Shown here: one piece after another, positions 1 to 10,934 of the stretch
Numbering within the stretch: position 1 is the first letter of the stretch
Layout: every line of letters starts with the position of its first letter
Origin: Salisapilia sapeloensis CBS 127946
Lineage: Eukaryota > Protista > Oomycota
Direction: 5' to 3'
DNA length: 53,973 nt
Assembly: GCA_023334545.1 (NCBI GenBank)
Contig: JAADVB010000119.1
Coordinates: 1 to 53,973, forward strand
The notes under the pieces: generated by a model
What the model was told of the DNA's origin: nothing
The model's database searches: none
Seen by the model: the letters and a program-made list of their open reading frames with translations, nothing else
Translations under genes and position numbers: made by a program

Positions 1-621
1 ACACCAACTTTATCTCCACCCCCGTCTCCACGGCGCTTAATGAAAACCTCATGCATAGAGTACCTCCGCTTGCACTCCCCATACGTCCATCCACTCACAC
101 CCTCCCATAGCCAGTCTTCCACTACGACTTTAACCAAGAACGCGAATTTCTCGAAATCGCAACATCCGAATTGGCCGACAGAGAACAAGGAGAGAATGTG
201 AAACCGCCGCGGACGTCATCCGAACACGACGAAGCAGAATCTGCCTCGACAACGGTGTTTTTGCATAATACATGTTGCTTGATGTTAAACAGTCTAACTA
301 GCTTTTGCTATCCAACACTTCTTAGGACACGCCAAACAACACTGAAGACGATGAACTCGCAGCAGCCATGGCCAATTCACTTCGAGAATATTAATCGAAA
401 GCATATCTTGATGTTGAAAGCATACTTTTTGTTGATGTATTCGTGGGCTCCTACCACAGGGTCGTCTTCTGTCTTCTCTGTAATCAACGCCGCGCGAAGC
501 AGCGGCGTTGGGTGTAGTCAGCCGACCTAACTTCCTAAATAAATAAATGTTGATATATTCGTACGAATTACTTTTGAACTTGATTTCAATATATCAATAG
601 CTTTGTTTCTCGTGACTACTT

Positions 622-2688
622 TCATGGGAATGAGAGCGACTTAACCACCGAATGCAAAGAGTATGCAAACTCCAATGCCGTCGGAAAATGTGTTGACTCT
701 GAAGTATGATACACCTGACCGATGTCTGCGATTCCGGACTGAAAACTTAGTGAGAAGTTAGATTTTAGCTTTTCGCTCGTCGATATCGTTAAGAGGTCCA
801 TCACCAACACCTCGGCACCTGGTCTGTCTGTTGAGTGGTAATACGGCATGTTATGCGTGTCCAATTTGCTCAGCTTACACGAAGTTCGCACACGCTTGAT
901 TGAGTCACGCTTGAAGAGCAGTTTATCACAACCTTCGACTCCAGCCAACGAGCTATTCTAATGCAAGATGCCGTGATGAAATTGTCTGACAGGAAACAAG
1001 CGAGTCCAAATTCTAACACCTTTGTTCACATTACTTCTAGCGAGAAGATATTCCTGCAGGTGAGGGATCGATTCATGGTCATATCGTCTGAGCCATGTAT
1101 GTACACCAATGTCTATACCTCGAATGCGCCTTTGGATGATTGGTATTGGGGGCTATGGAAGTAAACAGTTCAAACTGAGCCCGACTCTCCTTATCCGATG
1201 ATCCGGTTGTCTCCAAGATCATTCACTTAAACTTTGTTGAAAAGATAGTCTTTATCCCTTCCTATAAACGTTCCCAATGTTCGTTACGGTTGTACCGGTG
1301 GGGACTAAGTTGCATGAAATGCCAAGGTTATTGTCTCTTGATTGGGATTTCTTCTCATGATAGATCGCGAAGCTAAGAACCGCTGCTAGTGCAAACGCAA
1401 CCCAGCTAATTTTGACAGTATAGTTGGTACTAACTTCATTGCTGTCATCAACTGTTGCAGCGTTCGGGGTGATCGACTTGCTTTAGCCACTACAGTTTAT
1501 GTCTTTACTTCCTGGGCTATTGTTCGGTCCAACACCGATCGTGCTGTCGCTACCTTGATTGTCACTGTGGGTATTGTCATGGATGTTTGTATTATGGCGC
1601 ACTCGATCCTCCCGGAGCTCTTGTTGAGATCGGAACTCGCAAGTAAGTTTTCAATACCACCGCCGCTCACTCAGCTTAAACTTGCTGCGGCTAATCAATT
1701 AGCTTACAAAATGCTTGCAGCTTCTGTATGGAGTCTCTTTGAGATAATAAGAAATGGACAGGAAAACTTAGCGACGACTTTTGGAATCGTGTGTGATAAA
1801 TTTTCGCCTAGGTTTCTACAAGGACGAGTTGGTTGTGTAAACAAAGGAAGATGAGTTGATAAAACCGTACAGCAACTACATGCTTAGAAGTGAGCCTTTG
1901 GGGTTTGCGAAGTTGTTGTCAAAAAGGTTGATGCTGAAAACCCTTGTCATGTTTCAAGTTCGTGGAAAACCCATCGAAAAGTTGGCGAGGTGCATACTTG
2001 CTACACCTGGAAATTTGCAATATCAAGTGGCGATCTTTTTTACAAACACTTGCCCATTTTGCTCCCTTCGAGGTTCTTGGTAGCATTTGGATGGCATTAA
2101 CCGTCGCCGTTCCCAAATGCATCTTAAACGTCATGATAAGCTTCACTTGAGAAGATGTCTTTTAACATGTTAGATAAATTCTACATGTTATATGCTGTAA
2201 ACTTAGCAGATCATTTGATCCATCCGCATCTACCAATATATCCATAGCTGAACATGCTTGAGAATTTTAGTGTACTAGTGTTTTGGACGCAGCCGTTGCC
2301 CTGAATTGGAACTGTGTCAGTTTCATCCGGAAGTATATTTGTAGCGTTTGGTTTGGTAACTCTTGCCCTCCTTCTCGGTCTTGACATGGAGTTCAAGCTT
2401 GCTAGAGGAAACTAAGAATCGAAAACTCCGTTGCTGTTATCCAGTACTGTCGATTTCTCGCACTGAGCGATGCATTTCAATTTTATCCTCCTTCAGATAC
2501 TTGGTCGTGGTACGCCCATCACTGTCGCCTTTGACACTACTTGGTTCGTCATTGGATCGAGAGAGATAACACAACGTATATCTATCAATTCCTTCATCCC
2601 GGCAATCGGATATGAGTCTTCTGTTGTGGTCACACTTGTCAAAGTACAGCTTGTAAAGATAACTCACGCGATAAATAGGCAGAGCCAT
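622..2688 (-). pseudogene. Decayed LRR receptor-like TKL kinase, paralog of the intact gene at 23402-25582
   Basis: Manual minus-strand translation gives collinear fragments broken by stops and frameshifts: KLYFDKCDH...C (N-terminus), NMTRVFSINLFDNNF and LGENLSHTIPKVVAKFS (LRR-like), ISWVAFALAAVLSFAIY (TM), IGRDKDYLFNKV*VNDLGDNRIIG*GESGSV*TV (Gly loop), V*TLVYIHGSD...RNIF...VLEFGLACF...ARWLE, then LSKLDTHNMPY. Confidence 0.8.
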
Positions 2689-3141
2689 CGCGTTTTCTTA
2701 TTCAGTAACCTTAGAAGGCAGCAACAAAATGGAAGTGAGTTCAATGAACTAAACTACCGACTAGAACGATGACTGACCAAGATACCAGCAAACTCTCGTC
2801 TGCAACTAACATTTAGCACCACGGATGGCAGTACTCCTTCGCACAAGCAGGAATCTAGATAAAGGAGCTACGATCAAATACCCTCCACATTTTGCTTTTA
2901 ATCCGTATAAACCCAAGAACACCTACATGTATATGCGTTCAAAAGCAATTTGATGAGCGTACATCCCACTACCGGATGACCCTACAAGATCGACCAGTTC
3001 CACCATCTGCCAACCCATCTCTATTTCCGAAAGGGTACGATAAACTAGCTGTCCATCCATCTACTTCAACTAAACTTCCACCAGCGTTTGTATGCGTTTT
3101 CGTGTTTTTTAGTAAGTAGAAAAGAAACTATGAAACCTGCC

Positions 3142-4104
3142 TCACTTGTCCTTCTTCGGAGGTCGGTACGCGCCGACGACAACGGCGTGGTCTCGCTCGT
3201 ACGGCTCTAACGTCAACTGCTCGGCGGGCTTAAACTGCTCTTGCTGCAACTTCTTCACCTCACGCGCAAAGACGGCTTCCGGCGACGCCGTCGAGTCAAT
3301 GCAACTGGCCTTGATCGAAATGACAAAGTGGCCTCCGTTCTTCAAAAAGTAGCCGGCGTTCAAACTCACAATACGCGCCTGGTCTGGCTGAGCAACATCC
3401 GCAAACACCGTGTCGACCATCGGCACGAGCATGCGGTACTTAAGCGGGTGACGCGCATCTTCAATAATCGGTACAACATTGGTACGGCTCTTGGCCATGT
3501 TAATCAAGTCGCGACCCGATCGGTGGGAGAACTCGACGGCGTAGACGGCGCCAGTCGGACCAACAATGTCGGAGACGTGAGACACGGTCGTACCGGACGC
3601 ACCACCGAGGTAGAGCACCTTGCTGCCTGGCGTGATCCAAATGTTGTCGACACCACCCAAGACGGCAGCAGCCAACTTCGATCGGAACGGGTTCCACACA
3701 CGGTATTCGACCTTTTCATTCGTGCCGTCGCCGGACTGGGATGGCACTTCAACCGAAATGCGCTTTTCGCCGTAGACACTCTTGCCTGGCGTCGAGTTGA
3801 GGGTCACAAGCGCGTCTTCCTTGCCACGAGCGATGAAGACACCGGCGTGACGATGCGGCTCAACCATGACCTTTGCGCCACCCTTCATGCCGCCACGTCC
3901 ACCGCCACGTCCACCGCCACGTCCACCGCCACGGCCACCTCGGCCACCACGGTCACCGCCACGGCCACGACCGCCGCCGCGTCCACCGCCACGGCCACCG
4001 CGGTCACCACCGCGTCCACCACGGCCTCCGCGTCCACCGCCACGGCCACCACGGTCACCGCCGCGTCCACCTCGTCCTCCACCTCGCATTCCTCGACCAG
4101 ACAT
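3142..4104 (-). CDS. NOP1: Fibrillarin (box C/D snoRNP rRNA 2'-O-methyltransferase)
   Basis: N-terminal RGG/GAR domain; [56 protein letters not shown]. Confidence 0.98.
   Translation of the reverse strand: MSGRGMRGGGRGGRGGDRGGRGGGRGGRGGRGGDRGGRGGGRGGGRGRGGDRGGRGGRGGGRGGGRGGGRGGMKGGAKVMVEPHRHAGVFIARGKEDALVTLNSTPGKSVYGEKRISVEVPSQSGDGTNEKVEYRVWNPFRSKLAAAVLGGVDNIWITPGSKVLYLGGASGTTVSHVSDIVGPTGAVYAVEFSHRSGRDLINMAKSRTNVVPIIEDARHPLKYRMLVPMVDTVFADVAQPDQARIVSLNAGYFLKNGGHFVISIKASCIDSTASPEAVFAREVKKLQQEQFKPAEQLTLEPYERDHAVVVGAYRPPKKDK
3888..4095 (-). repeat. RGG low-complexity coding repeat (GAR domain of fibrillarin)
   Basis: Tandem ccaccgccacgt/ccaccgccacgg units encoding GGRGG repeats. Confidence 0.9.
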
Positions 4105-4268
4105 GATCTATAAAAGTATGAAAATGACACACTTTGAACTGTTGGATGGTGCGTCCCGAGCCAATTGTTTCTAACGACTTTAGTAGCTACGTAACTGATA
4201 GTCGGCATAGTCAGATTCTGATTATAAGGGGGATGGGGATTTGCTTACTTTCAAATTAGCTCGAGCAA

Positions 4269-5240
4269 ATGCTTGTACCAGAGATTGATATCAGTGCGTT
4301 TCTAGATAGCACTTGTTCTTCGAGTGAACGAGATGTTGTCGCGAAACTCGTGGCGAAAGCTTGTCGGGAAGTCGGGTTTCTCGTGATTACCAATCACGGG
4401 ATACCGAGTGAGACGATCGAGACGGCATTTGCTGCGGCAAAAGAGTACTTTGATATGTCGGAAGATGAGAAGAAGAAGATTCCGATGACACCAACGTACC
4501 CGTATGGGTATGAAATGGGAGAAATTTTGTCCAAATCACGAGATCCGAGTAATCAGCAAGAGCCTCAGAAAGATGCAAAAGAAACTTTTCAGATCTGTCT
4601 AGGACCGGTAGGCAAGTCACCCAAGCTCGAACCACAATGGCCTGCTCTCCCCACGTCATTCCGACCTGCCATGGCAACTTACTATCGTGCAGTCGAGTCT
4701 CTCGCTTCTGTCATGATGCAAATCTTTGCTACTGCACTCGACTTGAGTCCAGATTTCTTTAACGACAAAATCGATGAGCACATGTCTGCTCTGCGTATCC
4801 TGAACTACCCTCACCAGGACCATGTAGCAGGCATGGAGCAACTGAGAGCTTCTCCCCACACGGACTATGGGAGTTTGACCATCCTGGCTGTGGACGATGC
4901 TCCTGGCGGCCTCCAAGTAATGGATCAAGGCGGACAGTGGCAGGATGTGAAACCACCAGTAAACTCGTTTGTGGTGAACCTGGGTGACTTGATGCAACGC
5001 TGGACGAACGACGTCTGGCGCTCGACGTTACACCGTGTGGTGAACCCGCCGGAAGCTGCCATGAAGACCGGTGCGAGTAATCGTCGCCAGTCCATCGCGT
5101 TTTTCCACAATATCAACCATGATGCTGTCGTGGAATGCATCCCGAGCTGTCAATCAAAGGATAATCCACCCAAGTACACTCCGATACTTGCCGGTGAACA
5201 TCTTATGATGAAGCATTCAGCTGCACAAGGCTACAAGTGA
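4269..5240 (+). CDS. 2-oxoglutarate/Fe(II)-dependent dioxygenase (IPNS/DIOX_N-like)
   Basis: ACREVGFLVITNHGI N-terminal motif; HTDYGSLTIL (HxD), distal His in STLHRV, RQS 2OG-binding motif. Confidence 0.93.
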   Translation: MLVPEIDISAFLDSTCSSSERDVVAKLVAKACREVGFLVITNHGIPSETIETAFAAAKEYFDMSEDEKKKIPMTPTYPYGYEMGEILSKSRDPSNQQEPQKDAKETFQICLGPVGKSPKLEPQWPALPTSFRPAMATYYRAVESLASVMMQIFATALDLSPDFFNDKIDEHMSALRILNYPHQDHVAGMEQLRASPHTDYGSLTILAVDDAPGGLQVMDQGGQWQDVKPPVNSFVVNLGDLMQRWTNDVWRSTLHRVVNPPEAAMKTGASNRRQSIAFFHNINHDAVVECIPSCQSKDNPPKYTPILAGEHLMMKHSAAQGYK

Positions 5241-5298
5241 TGACAGCAAGCATTCTTTTTCTTTTCTTTTAATCTCAATGACTCTTTGGTATTCCAAT

Positions 5299-5989
5299 CT
5301 AAAGTTGATCTGGTGTCACTGGATGCGGAAGTGGTATAATCGACTTTTTCTCGACGTCTCGAGGCAACGCTTTCCGCATATCTACGGACAAATGTATAAG
5401 ACGATATAATCAGCAAGGTGGAAGTTGGCATGTACCGAAAGCGTCCTCTCCATCCGACTCACTGCTATAGTACTCTAGTACACGTCGGTAGACAGAGTAG
5501 CCGAGATTCTCGTACATGCCGATTGCGAGGTCGTTGGAGACTCGAACGAACAAGTCGACAAAGTAGCCGTCGTAGAGATCGGTGGAGACGTTTTCGAGGT
5601 GATCCATGAGTCGCCGAGCAACACCTAGGCGACGGAACTCGGGAGCTACGGTTACTGCTGTCACGTGTCCATGCCAGTCTTCTCCGAATCCCTCTGCTTT
5701 GCCCATAACTATACATAAATCGTTATTATGTTATCTTTGTAGTATTATTGAAGAAATATACTGTAGCCCATCATCTTGCCATTCGGGTCTTCCTGCACGA
5801 CAAAGTAGTCGGGCCATTTCGAGAGGTATTGGAGGTAGAAGGCGTTATTAAACTAATGGTGATGGATAAGGAGGTGAGAACGGATAGACGTTCGATACAT
5901 AAGTGTCATACCGTCTCGGTCAAGACATCCAAGTTCACGTTGTTAAACTTGAACAAGTCATCACAGCAGAACTTCCTCGTAGTCGTCAT
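5299..5989 (-). CDS. NAA20: N-terminal acetyltransferase B catalytic subunit, multi-exon
   Basis: Exon 1 MTTTRKFCCDDLFKFNNVNLDVLTET; MGKAEG...WHGHVTAVTVAPEFRRLG; VDLFVRVSN; YRRVLEYY; last exon DMRKALPRDVEKKSIIPLPHPVTPDQL; short GT-AG introns between them. Confidence 0.93.
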
Positions 5990-6142
5990 CTCTGCGTCCG
6001 AATGAGCGGATCCTGCGATCGATCGAATTAGCTTGTCAAAGTGCTTTGCAACGACTGGATCATTTATATGATACTTTTATTATAAAACGACATGCTTTGC
6101 TATATTCGTGCAACTTATTAGACAGAGCCGAAACAAATTAAG

Positions 6143-6610
6143 ATGCTTTATGCGGAGGAAGACTCGGCCAAGTTACAGCTTTATTACCTTTTGCATGCGA
6201 AACCGAAACAATATGGAGTGCAAATGAAACCCTCCTCGATTCCCAATGCCGGTCTTGGTTTATTCACAACAAAATCTTTTGCAAAAGGGGAGTTAGTATG
6301 TGAATATATGGGCATCCCATACACTAGCTTGGAAGCTCTACATCTCCCGGACAAGACGTATTTAATGCGTCTAGGCGATGGCAAGTTCATTGACGCATTG
6401 CATGCCCCTCAGGTATATGCTCGATACATTAATGACTGCAGGAGTCGAGCACCTGGTCACAATGTTCGATTCGTCAAAATTCCGAGAGACGAAAAAGCAA
6501 ACGTGATCGCTCTTCGAGACATATCCGCCGGTGAAGAGCTATTCGTGGACTATGGAAAGCTCTATTGGCTAGCATACAACCTGATGCATCCAGAAGCTCC
6601 AGTTCGATAG
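6143..6610 (+). CDS. Small stand-alone SET-domain methyltransferase
   Basis: SSIPNAGLGLF, GELVCEYMG, ARYIND, ALRDISAGEELFVDYG SET motifs. Confidence 0.88.
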   Translation: MLYAEEDSAKLQLYYLLHAKPKQYGVQMKPSSIPNAGLGLFTTKSFAKGELVCEYMGIPYTSLEALHLPDKTYLMRLGDGKFIDALHAPQVYARYINDCRSRAPGHNVRFVKIPRDEKANVIALRDISAGEELFVDYGKLYWLAYNLMHPEAPVR

Positions 6611-6867
6611 TACTAAAACAGCGCAATAGACACATTTTACACATCTAAATCGTCCTCTCATTCTCCTTTATCCAATCGTCCGAAGGCACCGAACGCCACA
6701 TACTCTTTCCGATCGATGTCCAAGTCCCACTCGTTTCCATTAAAGTAAGCTCAACCGATACAGTATTAAATAATTATAAAGTTTAATAAAAATAGTTAGT
6801 AGTACAAGAGAACGACGAGATGCGCTTCCAACATCAAAGTATCGATTTCTAAATGCTTAATTACTGC

Positions 6868-7971
6868 CTAGTTGGTCTTTCGAAGCTGTTGGCTAGATGC
6901 AACGTCAAGTGCAAAGCCGTCCGTGCCGAATGAAAGTGCTTCTTCCGCATGGAGCAGCTGGAGGGACTGTGCACCAAGGTCTTTCGCCACTTGTGTCGCC
7001 AATCCGAACAGACTTTGCGCTGCCATGAGCTCTCCACTTAGAGCAGTCATGCGCTTACTACCTTGCGCAAACAAGAGGATGCCATGTCCATGCTGGGTGA
7101 TCGTTTGCTGGGCCCATTGAGCCTGTACAAATACTTGTGTCTGTCCCTTGCATCCGTCCGTCTCGTTCGAGATGAAGAGCGGCACATTACCTTGATGGAC
7201 GTCGCCATAGACGAAAGCTTCAAACGTGATACCACTGTCTCCCAAAGACGTGTCGTACTGGACAGACGTGAAGGTACCGAGTGGTGTAACTGCCTTGGAC
7301 GTGGTCTTGACACGCTGGATGAGAGATTCCGTTCGTACTCGATAGCGGATCAAGTCGGAGATGGTGATGAGAGGCAGATGATGCTCCTTGGCAAATTGCT
7401 GTAGCTGTGGTCGACGCATCATGACACCATCGTCGTCATTAATTTCACAGATGTATCCGACTGGTGCAGCGCCAGCTAGTTTGGCAAGGTCGACGGCAGC
7501 CTCCGTATGCCCCGATCGTGTGAGTACACCTCCTGGCTGTGCTTTTAATGGAAAGACATGGCCTGGTCGGTTTAGGTCGGATGGATTGGTGGACGGATCT
7601 GCAAGTGCCTTGATGGTACGAGCTCGGTCGGCAGCAGAGACACCACTGGTGTTACCAGGACGCAGGTCTACTGTGACCGTGAATTGACACTGATGCGTCT
7701 CTCCATTGTTTTCATCATTGACCATAAGCGGCAGTTGCAATGCTTCGAGTCGATCTGGAAGTGCTGGGGCACATACGATACCAGTAGAATGACGGATGAG
7801 GAATGCCATGGCTTGCGGCGTAACAAACTCTGCAGCACCGATTAAGTCGCCTTCATTCTCTCGATCCTCATTGTCCATCACGACAGCGAGTCCACCATTG
7901 CGTATCGTTTCAATGGCTTGTTCGATCGTATCTGGACCAGAGTTGATGAGTCCATTGACGGAAGTGGACAT
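6868..7971 (-). CDS. ribB: 3,4-dihydroxy-2-butanone 4-phosphate synthase with a degenerate GTP cyclohydrolase II-like C-terminus
   Basis: DNEDRENEGDL, FTVTVD, GVSAADRA, RPGHVFPL, GGVLTRSGHTEAAVDLA. The C-terminal ~150 aa resembles GCH II but lacks its Zn-binding cysteines. Likely start MSTSV at 7971. Confidence 0.92.
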   Translation of the reverse strand: MSTSVNGLINSGPDTIEQAIETIRNGGLAVVMDNEDRENEGDLIGAAEFVTPQAMAFLIRHSTGIVCAPALPDRLEALQLPLMVNDENNGETHQCQFTVTVDLRPGNTSGVSAADRARTIKALADPSTNPSDLNRPGHVFPLKAQPGGVLTRSGHTEAAVDLAKLAGAAPVGYICEINDDDGVMMRRPQLQQFAKEHHLPLITISDLIRYRVRTESLIQRVKTTSKAVTPLGTFTSVQYDTSLGDSGITFEAFVYGDVHQGNVPLFISNETDGCKGQTQVFVQAQWAQQTITQHGHGILLFAQGSKRMTALSGELMAAQSLFGLATQVAKDLGAQSLQLLHAEEALSFGTDGFALDVASSQQLRKTN

Positions 7972-8153
7972 AGTAGGTAGGAGATTGTAGATAAATGAAC
8001 TTGTGTTCGACAGAGTGAGGACACGAGGAACGAATGTCTGTGGCTTCCAATCACATCCGCAGATTGACTGACAGTCACTATTGCTTACGAATCTCTGATG
8101 CAAGTTTATCGGACAGGGATAATTATATCTATTGATTATACAATCACGTATAA

Positions 8154-8708
8154 ATGGCGAGAGGAGCGCGAGTTGGAGCGAAGAGCGATGCGATCAAGAC
8201 GCTGCGTGCGTTGCTTAAAGTAGCTCGTGAACGCAGCTCCAGTGAGCAGTTGAAAGAATGCTCGTTTTCCCAGCACATCCTTGCAACGGTAGTTTTTGCT
8301 ATCATGAAAGAATGACGTGGCGGAGACTAATTTCGCGAATATCATCTAGTATCGCGCGAGGCAACACGAGACGGATAAGAGCAAGATCAAGGCGTACAGG
8401 CAAGAAGCAACGGATACGCTCATGTTGCTGAAAGGCGTTGAAGAGCAAAAGGTACATAGAATACAACTAGTACCGTAGTCGTACCATCTAACATCTTTTG
8501 ATACTAGTATCTCTGGTCGTTGGATGCTGGTGTCGAGCGCAAGTTCAGTACTGGTGAAATCGTCGACAAGTCTGCTCATCGTGTCGGACTGGACATGCCA
8601 GAAACGTATGCTGAAGAAGAAGAACGTCGCAAGCGAGAGTTGGCGGAGAAATACATTGCTGAAAAGAAAGAAAAGCAAGCAAAGGAGCAATTGAAAAGCT
8701 CGGCGTAA
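8154..8708 (+). CDS. LYR/FMC1-like mitochondrial protein, 3 exons (introns about 8289-8349 and 8452-8507)
   Basis: Spliced translation MARGARVGAKSDAIKTLRALLKVAR...HILAT|YRARQHETDKSKIKAYRQEA...EEQK|YLWSLDAGVERKFSTGEIVDKSAHRVGLDMP. The VGL-x-x-P ending is reminiscent of FMC1. Confidence 0.65.
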
Positions 8709-8743
8709 GCAAAAGAAAAGAGAAAGACAATTTGTTTGTCGTG

Positions 8744-9936
8744 TTATTTCCAGCTACCATCCATCGGGTCATCCATGTCCATACTACCCACAGCCACTTC
8801 CTCCACTTCATCGTTATCCGGGATCAACGGACTCCACAGCCGAATCTTGCCTTGTCGTAAATCGCTGATAACAAGTCGGAAATACTTGCCTCGTTCCGAA
8901 AGCACATACGCTTCCGTCGTGGTCACACTAACCAGAATCGCTGTCACCTGCTTCCCACTGTTCACATACAGCACGCGTACTTCATCTCCTTCTTCCAGTA
9001 TCCAGTCGCCATACAGCAACTTGCCTCGGTGGTATCGTACCACACTGGGTGCTATATCACAGATACAGATTACGTTTTCATAATTGCAAATGTGCAAAAG
9101 AAACATACCGGTGGAAGTCGCGTGGTCTTTGCAATGACGTTTGGCATGCTCAAACGCGTTCGTAAGTTGCTCCAGATCTTCATTCACTTCTGATTCGGCC
9201 AAATTGTTATCTAGAGATTGCGCCATGTAGCCAGAACTTTTCTTTTTCTTCTGTGGTGTGTCCAAAGCCGAGTACGAACTGTCGCTTGCTGGACCATTTT
9301 TATGGCGTGTACTACGAGTTTTACGCGTCGTCTTGCGTGCTATTCCAAAGCAAAGTGAGTCCACATGGATGCATGTGTGTTGAAAAGATGCTGATTTGTA
9401 TCCAATACAAAAAGCAAGTGAAGACGGAACGTACCGGCCAAAGACGTTGTCGTCGTCTTCCCCTGGGCTTCACTTAGATATTCGATCTCCTGCTCGATTT
9501 CATCCAACATGTCTTGCCGCAATTTCTCACAATTCAGCATGCATTCACTTCGTGCCTCGTCACACTCATAATCAAAAATGACGTTGGAAGTATGATGCAT
9601 GTACTCCTCCTGCTCCTTTGCAAGCGCTAATCGGTCCTCCCGTTCCTGTTGCAGCGCAAGCAGGCGAGGCGCCAAGTCTGGATGGGATTCATCTTGCACT
9701 GCCGACCGGGCACGCTCGAGGTATTGTCGCTGTATTTCAAGCCGCTTGCGCCGGTGCTCACGCTGTAAAGCTACTGTACTATTGCTGATATGAGGGGGAT
9801 TGCCCGACATGCTTTGCTGCTCCTTGGAGCCATTAGCAGAGACCTCAGTCTGCTGCTCCGATTGCGTACTATCCGACGTCGGCAACGACGACGACTCCAT
9901 GGATGGAGCTGGTCGAGCCACCATTGGCGTAGACAT
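8744..9936 (-). CDS. Sds3/BRMS1-like (Sin3-HDAC) coiled-coil protein with C-terminal beta-rich domain, spliced
   Basis: LLALQQEREDRLALAKEQEEY...FDYECDEARSECMLNCEKLRQDMLDEIEQEIEYL resembles the Sds3 coiled coil. ORFs 9340-9936 and 8744-9364 are joined by a GT-AG intron; a second intron lies at 9052-9108. Confidence 0.7.
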
Positions 9937-10236
9937 GCTCCCTATTACTTAATTGAATACCTGATAGAGGACAGAGCTCGCGGTCAAGTGCCAGTCGAAT
10001 GTCGATCGCTGGAAGCGTTTCTACTGACCGAGGTACTGAACTTTGTAAGTGGATCCGCGTCCGCTCCAGCGCAAGTGCGATTGGGTAATCGATGACGAAT
10101 CAGACATGCAATCTAGTGGACGAGTGGGCGTACTGGTCGAGATTAAAATATTGATATCTAATACATTTTTCAGGTTTAAACGAGGCTTTTATTGTGAAAA
10201 GGTAACGTACCAGCATGTGGACACAAGTGAGAAAAA

Positions 10237-10899
10237 ATGTTGCGAGTGTGTCGAGCTGGAGCGATTGCCCGTCGTTGTGTGGCGACGACGCTGCCTTCTG
10301 CAGCTAGCGCATCATCGAACCTTATCTGCAACTACTCGTCTTCATCGGATGATGAAAAACCCATATTCCCGACGTCGCATACGGTCAATAATGACGCATA
10401 CTTGGATTCTTTGCCAGAAGAATTGGAGGCGAGAGCGAGACAGCGAAATGAAGAGATCCGAACGCAGCATTTCGCTGCTCCAGCTTCTTCGAGCATTCCA
10501 GCTAACAGGTATACTACTATGTAATTCTCTAGTTGTGCATCATTGCTTACGTACGACGATCCTAGCCATGGCGAAACGACCATCGATGCCGATCTAGCGC
10601 GTCGTAAGCGTGTGATCTATCGCAGCAAGCAGCGTGGATGGCTGGAAGTTGACCTCTTGCTCGGATCTTGGGCGAGTAAGAATGTCATGGACTTGTCCGA
10701 GGAAGACTTGAGCCAGTATGAGGACATTCTCAACCAAGAAACGATCGACATTTTCAACTACATTTCTGGAAAGCAAGAGATTCCAGAGGAGTTGAACACG
10801 CCCATGATGCAGAGGCTACAAGAGTACAGTCGCAGCTCTCCTATCGGCCAAGCATCGGTCGATGCCTTTGAAAAGAACAAGAAATACATGAGCAATTAA
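10237..10899 (+). CDS. SDHAF2: Succinate dehydrogenase assembly factor 2 (flavinator), intron 10509-10565
   Basis: RKRVIYRSKQRGWLEVDLLLG (RGxxE motif); mitochondrial presequence; 57-nt intron keeps the frame. Confidence 0.93.
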
Positions 10900-10934
10900 G
10901 GCGACAACGATGCAAAGTAGACATTCTTTTCTTG

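Noticed and set aside
171-530. 119-aa + strand ORF and neighbouring short frames at the window start
   Set aside because: No motif or coding-like composition on either strand; may be UTR or intergenic.
3241-4208. Pro/Arg-, His- and Ala/Val-rich ORFs overlapping fibrillarin
   Set aside because: Alternative-frame and antisense shadows of the RGG repeat.
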